Of a DNA stretch of 64,000 bases, positions 40,101 through 53,200 are shown piece by piece. Under the pieces are notes generated by a model. It was not told the DNA's origin, ran no database searches, and saw nothing but the letters and a program-made list of their open reading frames with translations. Both the position numbers and the translations under genes were made by a program. Source of the stretch: Lingula anatina (lineage: Eukaryota > Animalia > Brachiopoda); the NCBI GenBank assembly GCA_051362555.1, contig CM120640.1:26026225-26090224 (forward strand). The letters run 5' to 3'. Positions within the stretch are counted from its first letter, which is position 1; the number at the start of each line of letters is the position of its first letter.

Positions 40101-43100
40101 TTGAAGGACAGCATGGTCTGGACTGTGATCCTCTTTCTCCAATGGGCTAGCCTTTAAACAAACAAACCAAGAAATACTTAACTTTTATAACAGAGCAAAT
40201 CCAAACAAACAGTAGAACTGATATATCAGTATTACATAATTTAAACTTTTTTATTACTATGGGCAAAATAGTTTCTAACCATATTACTAATTTACATAAT
40301 GCATGCATTGCAAAAATATCTTGTACCTCACAGCCATCCTTCATCTTTTATTTTCAAAAGAACAAATATTTAAGTTACACATGAAGTCAAATCTTTTGCC
40401 ACAAAACCTGAACATGATATAGTTTCAAAAGCATCACTTAAAGAAATACCAAAAGGCATCATCTCACATTTTTTTAAAAAAATAATATTGAACAGATATT
40501 TTCTATTTTCTTTCTGTGCTATATATAACCCTCATTTAAACATTTATTGCATGCACAGAATGCATCATAAATTACTTAGTCATTTGGTGAACATTTACAA
40601 ACTGAAGGTGGATAAATAGGTCAGTTTCCAATGAGAAATATGAAAAGGTGAAAATTTACAGTTATTTTTGCTATATTTTGACATGTCAACTTTATTTAAG
40701 TTTTTTTAAGAGAAGTAGAAGTGGTTTATAAGAAAGTTTGTCAATTATTAACAACACCTTGATAAAGTTCACCTTTTGAATCACAAAAAGGATACTTATA
40801 TGAACATCCTACCATCCACAGTTTAACTTGTCACAAGTTTGATCAGGAAAGAAAATTTAGGCGTCAAAAGCTATATAAATATTTGCAAGCTTGCTTAAAG
40901 GTTTAAGTGCCATTCCACACTTCTCTAGGTCTATACTTAACACAAAAGTTTATCAGCTAGGAAATGCTTACAGCCAGTCTTATCTGAATGGGTTACATGT
41001 CATGTGGAAATTCCACTATGTGTGCCAATCACCAAACAACTCTCTTCCCTGTGCAAACTTTCTTTTTTTTTATACAAGAAACTGAAAGCAATTTCCTTCG
41101 CACTAGGAGGTAATAAATTATACAGAAGTTGAATCTATATGCTAAGCTACACACTGATGAGCATTTATAAGAACATGCACCATTGTATAGAATTCAAACT
41201 ACAGGTAATTCATCAGCTATTGTTATGAGCAGGATGTAAAACAAATGCCTGCCTGAGATAATTTTGACAGGTCAATTTTACTGCTTTAAGACAAACAGGG
41301 TGTGCAAAACCTTGACAGATTTAACAACAGCCTTACATGTAAATGTTCTAAGATTTTACTGCTTGTAATCAATATGCAGTGTAGATACTGAGGAAACCTG
41401 TGTACAACATGACTCATTTTAGCTGTGCTCACTACAGCATATAAAATTTTGCCTACTACAAAAGAGGAGGGTAGAAATTCCAGAGATTTTTGAAAAAATG
41501 TAAAATTTGCAGAGATTTTTGAAAAAACGTAAAATTTGCAATTATCAGAAATATCCTACAGACACACTACTTTATGGTTGTGTTAACTAGCTTTATTAGG
41601 TAAAGTTCATCTTCAGCAATAAAAGATAGAGAAAGAAAAGAGAAAAAGAGAGAGATTACATACCACTTCAGCAATGTCTTCCCCATCTAAACTTATGGCC
41701 AAGTCTTCCGTGGAGACCTCTGAGTGGACATCACTCTCTACTTCAGAGGCTTTAGACTTCCTTCCTTTCCTCCTCTCCCTGGGTTCTTTCTTTTCTTTCT
41801 TGGGTTTCTCTGGCAGGACACTATTGATAGCCACTTCATAGTAAGCATGCCAGCAATAGTCATGATCTAGCAGGGCATGGGAATGAAGCAATGCTTCCAC
41901 AGGCATTTTAATATTCCTTTTGTCTTCACTTTTTGCTTTCCTTGGGACAGGGTAGCTCATGAAGGAAGCATATCTCTGTATTTTGCTGGGGGAGACCACC
42001 CCAGCTCCTGTAGCTGTGGACAATGGTAGAGCTTGACTAGTGTTACTGGACATGTGTTGGGAATATGCCTGCATTGAGGCAGCTGTTCCTGCTATACCAG
42101 CTTTGGTTAGGATTCCCTGAGGTGTAGTAGTAGTGGTGGTTGGGCCCAGCACACCACCAGCTGGGAGGATATGTGCTGTAGATGGAGTAGTTTTGGAGGC
42201 CTTGTGCAAAGCTGCACTGAACTGAGCCTGGGCATTGCTCAGTGCACCCAACCCTCCACTGAGAATGATCCCCCTCATAGGCTGGTGAGCTGAGGCTACA
42301 GGAGGGGTGGCCTGAGCCTGGGAAGTGAGAATGGGGGAAGAGCCCCGTGCCTGTATCCTAGTAATGGACGAGTTCACAGGTGTCACTGGTCTGGCAATAA
42401 CCCCACTGGCATAACCTACAGATGTCACTGCTAAAGACTTAGAAATGCTACTTTCACCAAGGTCTGATTTTTCAACCCCAACTTCGGGTTTACTTTCATT
42501 TCCCAAGTCTGTCCTGGCAGAAGTGCTTGTTTGTACAGCTTCTCCTTTGTGAGTTTTATTATCATGCGTTATACTGGCTGCACTATGAGAGGAGCCGACT
42601 TCATCACCACATGCAGCTGAGGGCAATTTGTCACTGGTAATTAAATGTGAGGATCTACTTGATTTTATATCACTATCCTCCTTTTCTTTATCAGTTCTGT
42701 CACAAGAGACAGGATGTTCAACATCCTCGCCACCACTACCACACTGGTTAGTTCTCACATTAATTAGCTGACTTTCATCTGGCACAATACTGGGCAAATT
42801 AAAAGAAGCATCATCTTTTAGCAGATTACTTTTTTTACTGATGGATGAATCCAATGACTTTAAACCATCTTCGTGTGCATTATCCAGTGTTACTGCAGTA
42901 GATGGGCAAGATGAGCTTTTCATATTGTTCAGCTTAGTATGCATGCTATTGATCTGGCCCAAGGCAGAACTTACTGCTTTCTCCCCATCTGGCTGAGATT
43001 CTGTAGCTGAGGGGTTGGATGTTGAAGGTAACACCACCTTCTGGCCACAAGTGGTCGTCAGTCCATTATCACCACCAGCATCTGTCACTCTATTACCAAG

Positions 43101-44369
43101 TAACGACTGCCCTTGGCATAATTTATCAGGAAACACTGTAATTACTTTAGTACCTGCCTGAGCTGTTACTTTTCCTATATTTAGAGCTGCAGTTGAAATA
43201 GAAGTCTTACTAGACATTTGGATTGGACTAACAATCGGCCTTTGTTGGACTTTTGCACCCGCCTGTGTGACAGCCACTACTTTCTGCCCTTTGACTCCTA
43301 CATTTCCCTGAGCCAAGGCCGACTTCACTGGGAGGTAAACCACCTTGTTACCGTTTGTGAAGGCCAAAGTTGTCTTTTGCTGCTGTGAAGCAGGCTTAGC
43401 TACTATGGTGGCCAGCTGATGTTTATGTTGTACACCAGGCAGTGGAGTTTTCACCATTTTCTGTCCATTAGAACTGGTAGTCACATACAGAGTTAGTGTA
43501 CTGGGCTTAGCTGCCACTGTTACAGGAGAAGTCATTTCCACACTCGTTTCTGTCATCTCATGACTTTCAATTTTTGTTTCCTCTGGTGACCCAGGTTCCA
43601 CACCAGAGTCGCTGTCTGGTGCCACTGTTGTATCACATCCCATTTCAGAGTCCGACTTGTCACTGCTGGGCCCCTTAGCTGATAATGAGTCCACAGAGTC
43701 CGATCCTTTGGCTATAACCACACTTTTCTGCTCTGATTGGTCTACTTCAGTCACACTACCATCACTATCAACTTCCCCTTTGTTAGTCCTTTCAGAAGTA
43801 GTAGTCTGACAATGGAATGCTCCACGTGTCAATGTATTGGGGCCTATCCCAGCTTGTGTTGCAGATACACATGAGTCATCTTCCAAATTAGACTGCTTGT
43901 CTGTATCCTGGTGATTAGTAGTCACATGCTCCACCTGTTTATTATTACTGTTGATATCACACACACTGATATCTAGGGCATTCCTCAAGGTTGGAAAATT
44001 CTGTGATACACTGGTTCCACTAGCACTGATGACCATTTTCTTTGTTTTAACCACAGTGTGTTTATGTTCAGGAGACTTCACATCTCCATTTGTTTTCTGC
44101 CATGTATTGTTATCCCATTTGCTTTCCTCGTCTGATGCACTGACCTCTCCGTTTGTGGTTTTGTTGAGGTTTTTAGTGACATCTACTGCAGCAGTCTTGA
44201 TAGTCATGTCCTGTTGTGAATTGTTCACAATAGATGGCCTTGACTTTGCTTTCAATGTAGTGGAGTCTTTAGGGTCAGGACTGTTACTACTATCCTTGGC
44301 ATCACAAAGCGTATGGCTCTTTAGGGCAGCAGCTGCAGCTAAGACATCCAGTGGATTGAACTCGTCCAT
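35372..44369 (-). CDS. Uncharacterised large nuclear protein (about 2140 aa) with divergent Ski/Sno/Dach-homology domain, Ski-type SAND-like domain, AT-hook and two HCF-1-binding-type motifs
   Basis: Minus-strand exons 44369-41664, 40151-38677, 38417-38147, 37766-37594, 37169-35372 (TGA), phases consistent, total 6423 nt. DHD-like: YWNTFPALMINNEPHVRLVDIHKQALP..LLKKRC..IKNCSDMQRDFL..VIVSKTTAEELIGFY. SAND-like: LYKMKNSQCVQCTTCCEFFTVRLFKQHFH. The gene structure is well supported; the domain calls are by recalled pattern only. Confidence 0.8.
38677..40151 (-). CDS. Second coding exon of the Ski-like gene (basic NLS-like stretch, polyQ, start of DHD-like domain)
   Basis: 505-aa ORF; acceptor aag| before 40151; donor cag|gtatgc at 38677. 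Confidence 0.85.
41481..41540. repeat. 29-bp direct tandem duplication (intronic)
   Basis: cagagatttttgaaaaaaYgtaaaatttg twice in succession. Confidence 0.85.
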
Positions 44370-44378
44370 TTCCTTTGT
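41664..44378 (-). CDS. First coding exon of the Ski-like gene (902 codons, low complexity, Ser/Thr/Ala-rich)
   Basis: 918-aa ORF; acceptor ttccag| 9 nt upstream of ATG 44369; donor gtg|gtatgt at 41664. Confidence 0.85.
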
Positions 44379-47300
44379 CTGGAAAGCAAAACAATACTAA
44401 CTCATTGATAGGTCAAATCTCAAAACCTGTTATTTTGCAAAAAATTGCTGCTCAAAATATACACCTTTCCATCTTTTCAAGAATTTGGCTATAAATACTA
44501 TATAGAGTGTAAACAAGAATACAAAATCCCTATTTATGTGCATTGAAAGTTGCACAATGGACTTATACAAAGGGCATTCCACTAGCATATAAACTGCTAA
44601 CAACAAAGGCTTTACCAATATGCCTATATACGCATGATATATCCCACAGGTTAAAGCTATGCTATTGGCAAAGTGCCTGAATGAATTGCATACACACATT
44701 TTTATGTATTTACATAAGAATGAAATACGATCAGCTGCAGTTAGCAGTATAAAGTATCTAGGCTATTTCAAAACAAATATTATCTTGTAAATGAACCCCA
44801 TGTTATTTTTTTTCTCTCACGAATGATCCACTTGGGTATAAAAATCTGGCTACATAATCTTTCAGTCTGAGATCCAATTCAATTCCGTAATGACTCTAAA
44901 CCAGGCACTCCTACAAATTTAACTGCACATAGTGTGAACATGATGCAATGTTATCGTAGGCATGTATAATCAGATAAACACACCTGTTTCAATTTTGGTT
45001 TGGAGAGATTAACCAACAACCTTTCATTTGTATTTGTACTTATGTATTTCGAAATATCCATCACACAATAATAAACCTCCAGTCAATAATACTCAGCTGC
45101 TTAGATGCGACTTCCTGCACTATACATTTCCCACCTCATATAAATAGATGCCAGATGCTTTGACATGCACAGTACATGTCAGCTACAGACCTTTGCTTTT
45201 AAGTGATTAAATCTATGCACAAAGGTGGAGTGATAGAATGACAGATAGCATTGTAGGTTGACTTGCAAACCAGAAAATGTTTTCTTTTATAGACAGACTT
45301 ATCTTACCTGAAAAAAAAAACTTAATACTGCATGGAAACAAGTATTATTAATCAAAATCCCCAAGATAAAATAATTGCCATGTACTGAATTGTGCTTTAA
45401 CATTCAGTTTAAGAGGAAACTTGACCTTCCCAATGTACATGATATAAATCTTTTAAATGTGACATTATTTGCCTGCCCATAGTATCACTGCCTGGTTGGC
45501 TGGTTTATATACATGTTACTAAAATACTGGTCTATGGGAGACAGTAAGGTTAGATCTGCAGTTGACCGATGAATTTTCATAAGTAAAGTGAACTGAAAGA
45601 AGAGAGAGCAAAAGTTTCAGTCTAAACCTATTTTGCTCTTAAAAACAAACCTCAGTGAAAAATAAACAAGTGTAAATATAAACTTGGAAACATTATGCAG
45701 CCTTCACTTCATAAGCTGTTATTCTGGCAGGATGTGGTCTACACTTCCCAACCTTTGAGATTGTTCCAATGTCAGTGCAAAACGGCTCTATAACCAAGTC
45801 CACACTCATTATACATACCACACAATGCAAACATCCTGGTATGACTCAATTAAGGTTATCTGTAGTTATACAACCTTATAAGGAAGATCAATATTACTTG
45901 AATATAAAAAATATAAAACAGAACAACATTCAACAAGTTGAGAAAAGTTATAACAAAGAAAGCAGCCATTAAGCACACAGTGTGCACTTAAGTACCACAG
46001 AAAGCAAAACTTCATGGTATAACCTTCGTACATTTTAGATAAGCTTTGTCCAAAATGTGGGTCACCCGTTTCATTTGTATATAGGTGCCATAGTAATATC
46101 ATGCATGTTTTCTTATAAACAAATAACAAACCAATTCATACACATAAAGGATACAAAGCTTGCAAACCACTCCTTTATGTATTGATTGTATGAATGTTAC
46201 ACCCAGTCTTCTATACAACTTGCAATATAGAGTCAACCTGCCTCTATATGTTACAAGAAATGATAATCAATATATATGGCTCTGCAACCATTATGTCACT
46301 GTCAATGTGTCATGCCACATACTTGTGTCTATAAATGCTGCACAGCATCCAACTTATGGCAGACAACAGTATTTTTGACAGCAGTACACAAACCAAACAT
46401 TTTCAAATAATTAATGAGCATGCCAATAAATAGATAAATGTTATAAGGAACTTTAACAGTTTCCCCTTGGAGATTAATGGAAATAACAAAAAGTCTGCAT
46501 TTAATTCTTTTTAACTGACTATAAACTGATTACCATTACCTGGTTTATGGATGAAGTACAAGAAAACATCTATTTCACAGTAATCTCTCTTTTAAAACGA
46601 TGCATCCCCTGCAATATACATTAACAAGTTAATAGCATTAACTGCTGCATTTACAATCAATGCAGAGTTTGTATTATACTAACATTTACAGCATGCTTTG
46701 TGAATCATTTTCAAGATCCAATTTTCCTTGCTGATAATATTCAAATAGTGAACACAGCATATTACCTTATAGCATGCACCAAATAACTTCCCATCTTACT
46801 CAGATTTTGCAAATTCAGTGAAGACTGCTTCAGCTTGCCAATCAATATCTACTGTTAGTTCAGCCCTGAGCCTCGTCAACTACAGAAGACTTTTAACGAA
46901 AGAGGCAACCATTATTATATACAATGTGGACTAAATATATTTGCACTTAATGCAGGATGTAAATTGCAAATGGTTTAATAACTGTGTTTCCATGACAAAC
47001 ACTGCTATCAGCCAGCCTACTGTTACATATAGATGTGGGCCAATATAATGACTGCCATCACATATTAGTATGTATATATGGTGGTCTGGGATAAAATTGT
47101 TCATCTTTTGTTCAGTAAATGAAATTTATAACTAAGAATTTCATATCTGACAAAGTACACATAATTATGTAAATAAAATTATCATCAATATTTTAGAAAA
47201 ATTTAAAAACATCTAAAATCACAAAAGTATCTATCTTGACTTTGGCATTTACCTTTTAAACATCTTATTAGAATCCTGTTAAAGTTAAATTATAACGACC

Positions 47301-47743
47301 TGTTATACCACCAAACTGTGATGCAATTAGGAAACAAAAATGCCACACTTGTCAAGCCTCCAATCATATAATTGCCATGCTGCAACTGTAAAGGTGATTT
47401 CTGAAACCACGAGATATCAATCAGAAACAGGTTTATTGAGTAATCAGTACAGGGTGAAGGCAAGGTAATAGCACTAGTTAATGGCCAGTTCAATCTTATC
47501 TTGTGATAAACAATTCTCTGCAAGGTACCAGTTTAACCTTAACTGTCCAGTACTTAATGATCACTATGAAATCAGTATGGAATATTCAACCGGTTTTCCA
47601 AATGATGGCAAAGGTTTCATTCTTGTGATAAAGTTGCATTAATTCACAAGAGGTTCATTAAAAAGGGTATTAATTTCTAGGAAAAAGCCACATCTTATAT
47701 ACTCAAGCCAACTACAGTTAACTGCCATTTAATCAAGCCACAG

Positions 47744-48088
47744 TTAAAGGGATAATAACTCTTCGTATGAGATCTATATTTCACAATAAAAACCTTGTGA
47801 ATAACTCATAGAAATATAATATATTCTGTTTTACCACAAAAACAGCAGTTATAGCTTTTATTCTGATATCTGAACTTGTCTTTAGACCACGTGACCTCCA
47901 TTGATGTCTATACTCTGTTAAAATCTCTTAAGAGATTTTAACAAAAAACCAAACTTTTTAGAAAAAAACCAGGGACTAACTTTGAATGTAAAAATGGATT
48001 CATTAACCATTGGTAAGTATGGGAAAATTGTTGTTTACTCCAGGAAAATTCATTTTTTGGCCGAAACGAAGAGTTATTATTGCTTTAA
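47744..48088. mobile_element. Non-autonomous DNA transposon (MITE), TTAA-flanked, Kolobok-like; copy 1
   Basis: Left end ttaa-agggataataactcttcgt and right end acgaagagttattattgct-ttaa are inverted repeats (17/19 inside the TTAA). Internal sequence is similar to 49091-49445. Confidence 0.75.
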
Positions 48089-49090
48089 CTATCAGGAATA
48101 CTAAATCTTTCTTTTGACAATGCTATAAAGATATACCTAGCAAATATTTAACATATGGCGCAGATGTTTGCATTAAGAAATATGTAAGCTCTCTGCATTA
48201 CTTATCTGTCTTCTGTTAATTAATAACACCCCTTGTGTCAAAATTTCTATTTTTTCAATTTCAATTGGAGTTATTAATTTTGGCATTTTCAATAAAAAGT
48301 ATGCTTCTTTAATGGGTCTATGGTATTGATTCATCAATTTAACCACAATCAACAACCTCATGTACAAAACTAGACAAAAAATCACCTTTAAAAGGAAAAC
48401 ATCAGGTCTCTTAAAAGAGAAAAGTTATCTGCACTTCACTATATTTATTCATTGCAATAATACGAACTAAAGTTTTATTATAAGGAGTGGTTTATTATAA
48501 TTTATAAGGGTTATGCATGTACCAGCCAATGCCTTGATTGCCTATACTCATGGATGTACTGCAGTAGACCCTTTGTAAGAGGAATACATGTGATACTGTC
48601 ATCAACAACTCGATCCCAATATTCAGCAAAAAGTGCATAGGTGTTGAAAAATAACATGCAAACCCACAGAAAATGGTGAGTGGGAATTCTGCTAGTAGTT
48701 TATTATATGGCCATCGGCAACTCATTCATTTATCACAGAAGGGATCCTTTATGCACATACCTTGACATATGAATAAATTTTAATTGCCTTTAAAACTGTG
48801 AAATTTTCACTTAAAAGAGTAGCCTTACTCCACAAATCCATCACAGTACATGAACTGTTATCGAGTCTGGTCAATCTGAGGCAAAAGTAATGCACACAAG
48901 CACCCCCCCTCCCAAAAAAAAAAAACAATTATATAACTCATCTGGGGACATAATAAAAATTCATATAATAAATACAAATAACATGTCAAACTCAGAAAAT
49001 AACTGATTAATATTCACATAAGAAAAGTTTTACACTACCTGCAAAGTCATGAATTTAAGCTTTTAAGAAACAATATCTTAACTTGTACAG

Positions 49091-49445
49091 TTAAAGGGGT
49101 AACAACTGTTCGTATGATATATTCCATATTTCACTAAAAATACATTGTAAACAACTGGTAGAAATATAATAAAATCTATTTTACCACCAAAACAGTGGTT
49201 AACGCAATTTATTCTAGAATTTGTGCTTGTCATCACATCATATCATACTATCCCATAGATGACTACACTATGTAATAATCTCTTAAGAGAATATTACAAA
49301 AAACCAAACTTTTTAGAAAAAAACAGGGGTTAACTTTGAATGTTGGAATGGATTAATTAACTATTGCTTCATATGGGGAAATTATCCATTGTCCCAGGTA
49401 AATCCATTTTTTTTTTTACAAAATGAATAGTTGTTTTCCCATTAA
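49091..49445. mobile_element. Second, diverged copy of the same TTAA-flanked MITE family
   Basis: ttaa-aggggtaacaactgttcgt ... atgaatagttgttttccca-ttaa. Shares blocks tagaaatataat, ttttaccac, atctcttaagaga, acaaaaaaccaaactttttagaaaaaaa and taactttgaatgt with copy 1. Confidence 0.7.
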
Positions 49446-49793
49446 ACAAACATCAATGCAAATATCCAATAATGATACGTACTTTGCATATGTACAATGT
49501 AAGTTTGCAATATTGAATAATATTGTTATTATCAATCATAATAATTCATGTGTACAAAAGGGAGGGCTTCCAATGAACGCAAACTGACACACAAGCATTT
49601 TACTTAACAATACATCCCGGTTCAGGATATCCTAAGATTTAACTGTGAATTAAAACAAACCTGCATGCACGACACATGCACCCCACACGCACAGGCACGT
49701 TTGACCTACTTTTTGACCAATCTTCTAACATTACTAGTAATATTTACATATTTTAATTTCAAAGAGTCACCATTACATCGCATAAAAACCTAC

Positions 49794-50280
49794 CTTATAT
49801 TTCTATTTCTTATTGTTACGATGCATTATCAGTCACAAACGTTGCAATATTATGAGAACATTGCAGACGGATTATATTTTTACCCGCTGGAATGTCCGCC
49901 ATCTTTCAACGTCATGTGACCCGCGAATGCCTCGTTGTGAAACAAATTAATGGGTTTCTTTGTTGGGATATTTTTAAAGTTTTGTGAAATATTTAGAAAA
50001 AATATTAAATGTCATGGCTGTCCTGGTGACAATACTCATTGCTTTCAATATTTCTGTCAATTAATTGCCTTCATTTGCATTCAGAAAGTATATCAAAATA
50101 GAAAAAGTCTTTCGACCCAATCAATCGCAGTCATGTGATTGAACAAAATGGCGGCGGATTCCGAGTGATGTACGCACAGGAACTCTTATATTACCAATGT
50201 TGGATGGCGTTTTTCAAATAACAAACGTTTATAACATTTCACAAAAAGTCATGTAAATATCGTATTTTGAATTAAGCATG
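49794..50280. promoter_or_regulatory. Bidirectional promoter shared by the Ski-like gene (-) and the MUN-DEP gene (+)
   Basis: Outward-facing YY1-type motifs (AAGATGGCGG on minus at 49905-49896; AAAATGGCGG on plus at 50145-50154), each next to GTCATGTGA (49911-49919, 50130-50138). CCAAT at 50117-50121. Minus-strand donor aag|gtaggt at 49794 for a non-coding first exon. Locally CpG-richer. Confidence 0.7.
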
Positions 50281-53200
50281 TCAAGTCGGCGAAAGAAGGT
50301 GGTATCAATTAGCGAGAGTGCAAATCTGATACCAATAACCGAAGTGTTAGGGAAGTTTTATGAGGCAGAGGAACATAAATGGAGGAGCCTGGACATTGCA
50401 AATGCTGAGAATGGACAAGACAGCAAAGAAAACAACCCGAACATTGAAGTTGGGAATGTTTTGTTAAGGTATTAGCTATGTTTATTAATTTTTTGTTGTT
50501 GTTGTTGTTTGTTTATATGTTATCGAACTTTTTTGTCGGAAAACGAAAATGAAAACAACACAATCAGAAATTCCAAAAAGCTTATCACTGTCAGTGACTC
50601 TTGAGAACAACTGCTATGCGTCTGATATGAGAATTCTTTCTATCTTATGCTGTCTGGTATTTACAGCGAGTGGAAATGTCTTTTGGGAATTTTCATTCAA
50701 AGTGATTTAAATAAGGTAGAGCTACTGAGGACCGGTATTTTTTAAACATTGCTCCATTAGTAGTATTATTTATATATCTTAGAAGTATTGATGCATACAA
50801 AATATATTATTTATTTTGATGTTATTGGACTAGAAAGGAATGAAAGCAGTATATTTATGTTTGATAAGGTGACTGAAAAATAAGCAGGCATCTGTGACTG
50901 GTTTCTCATGCCTAGATCTATCCATCTAGATCAGTCTAACGCCCTGGGAGTTAGGGAGGGAGATAGGTCAGTCCTAATATCTGTGGGAATGGTTTCTCTA
51001 AAGTGTTAGGCAAAGTTTTAAACCTTATACTGCCTTAAATTTCAAACTTCCAAAGAGAGTAGTAGCATTTGCTATATTTAAAATTTATTTTGACAATTAC
51101 TTTTGGCACAATCAAATTAAAGAATGTACATAGTTCATTTTTTTCTGTTAATACAATTATAGCCTAGAAAGAATAATAACAGTAATATACAATGACAATA
51201 CAGAATTACAGCCTGATTTAAATGCAAAGCTTAACTAAGTTCAAAAGTGATTTTTGAACACACAAATTTATTATGGTGTTTTGTGAGAGAAAAGGAGCTA
51301 GACAGCTGCAATATTTAGCCAAGATGAGTGAAAGGCAAAGGAGTGGTTTGATTTATGGCTTCTGGCTTGAATGTTAAATGATACGAAAAAAATATTCACA
51401 CACTTTTCAGACTGAAAAAAAAAGTAGATGAAAATTTTAGGTGTATGTTTGCTTTTTTATGAAGGAACATTTTTATTAGGACAAAAATCTTAAAAACAGT
51501 GTAGGAATTTTAATCAGGTTTTAAAAAGCCAATGTGGTCAATGAATACAGTTATCAAAAGTAATGTTGTTATAGAAGTATTTCATTTCATGTAATGCTTT
51601 TATTTCTTTGCGCTAATGCACTATATGTTATGATATCTGTATTTGACCATTAATAGTTAAAGCTATCTTAGTTTCAAGTCTTTTGTCTTCTCCAATTACA
51701 GGCACTGCAGAGCACTGAAAAACATCCAGAGATACTTTATCAATCTTGAGTAAGTAATCTGTTTTGACACAATAATAAACAGGTAGGTCAATCATGTGTC
51801 TTTGATTATGTGCACGTGCATCAACTCATGGATGGACTCCTCTTATCACATGCAGGGCACTTATTAAAACCCTGGCGTGAGTTATTTATCATATATGAGT
51901 TAATAGATAACCATGATCTCAAGCTTGTCACTGGAGGCAAATTTATTGTTCACAAGCCAGAAGTTGTTTTGGTTAACTTGTATTTGAAGAATTATGAACA
52001 TACAATAAAATATAATTTAGAAATATATAGTGTCATACATAGTTATCTTTCTTGTTTGTATTGATGAAGATTCCTTACTGCTTTTTGAAGTATGTTTACT
52101 TGTTTACAGAGCAAGGAAATGTTGCCTACATTTGACACCAGCTCAACCCACTACATTTAGCAATATCAGACTAGTAAGCAGCTCTAAATTGAAAACTGTG
52201 TAACAGTGTTAACGGTTTGTTTAATAAAGCTTCAAAGAAATTGTGTGGCACAATGTTTTAATCATCGTCTGCATATATATTTTTGAAAAAAACACTTAAA
52301 ATTTGCTTGTTAAAAAATTCAGACTGCAGATGTTTTGCCAGTGTTTATCTTTGAATTAAGAGTTCAGTGTTACATGCATCCATTCTGATATTTGCAGGTG
52401 AGAAGTGATACTGCTGATGTATCAGTGTCAGAGAGTCCACCTCCAGTTGGTAAATAATTACATTATGTTTTATTATTTAATGTAGCTTTTAAAACTTAAT
52501 ACATACATACTTAATATATAAAGTTTTAATTAATATGATTTTTAATGTTTTGTCTGTCTAAACTAACAATATGTTTTTGTGTTATTATTTTAGAGTCCAT
52601 AGCGGGAAGGGTGAAAATAATTACATCTAATTCTAAACTGAATGAAAAGGTTAGTTTTTATGAATGTTTGGTATCCTTTGGTTTATATGCTTTTTATTTT
52701 TGTTTACCCAGTTCTGAGCAGGAAGTATGTGCTTCTCTATCATCCTGTTTGCATAAGATTAAAATCTAAATATCATATCTGTAATCTGACTGACAGTAAC
52801 TGCTTCCTCAGACAAAATCATGACCTTTATGTGCTAATCTGTAAAATTGTTAATCTATTTGTGGCACATTTCAGTGCCAGATATGAAGGTTATCATTAAT
52901 CAAAACTGGTGATAAAGCTATATTAAAGGAATATTACATTAATATTTATCATTTGTCATATGTGTTATACCTTGTGGATTATTCTTGAGTTAATTCTTAT
53001 ATTATCTTACTGAAAATACTAATTAGACTGCATAATTTTATCAAAATATAATAACTAGATAAAAAATAAGGAACACTGGGGGATATGTTTTGAATGCACT
53101 TTGATGTTGTTTTCAGAAATGAAATGATCATTTTTATATATAACTTGTTCACAGGCTGAATAGATTTAAATTCTGACTTGTAACTTTCTACAGAAAATGC

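Noticed and set aside
35372-44369. Calling the minus-strand gene LCORL because vertebrate NCAPG is tail-to-tail with LCORL
   Set aside because: No pipsqueak HTH or other LCOR/LCORL motif was recognised; the visible domains are Ski-like.
35882-44400. Plus-strand ORFs over the Ski-like gene, including the poly-Cys ORF at 39400-39816
   Set aside because: Antisense reading of real exons; the poly-Cys is the reverse complement of the polyQ tract.
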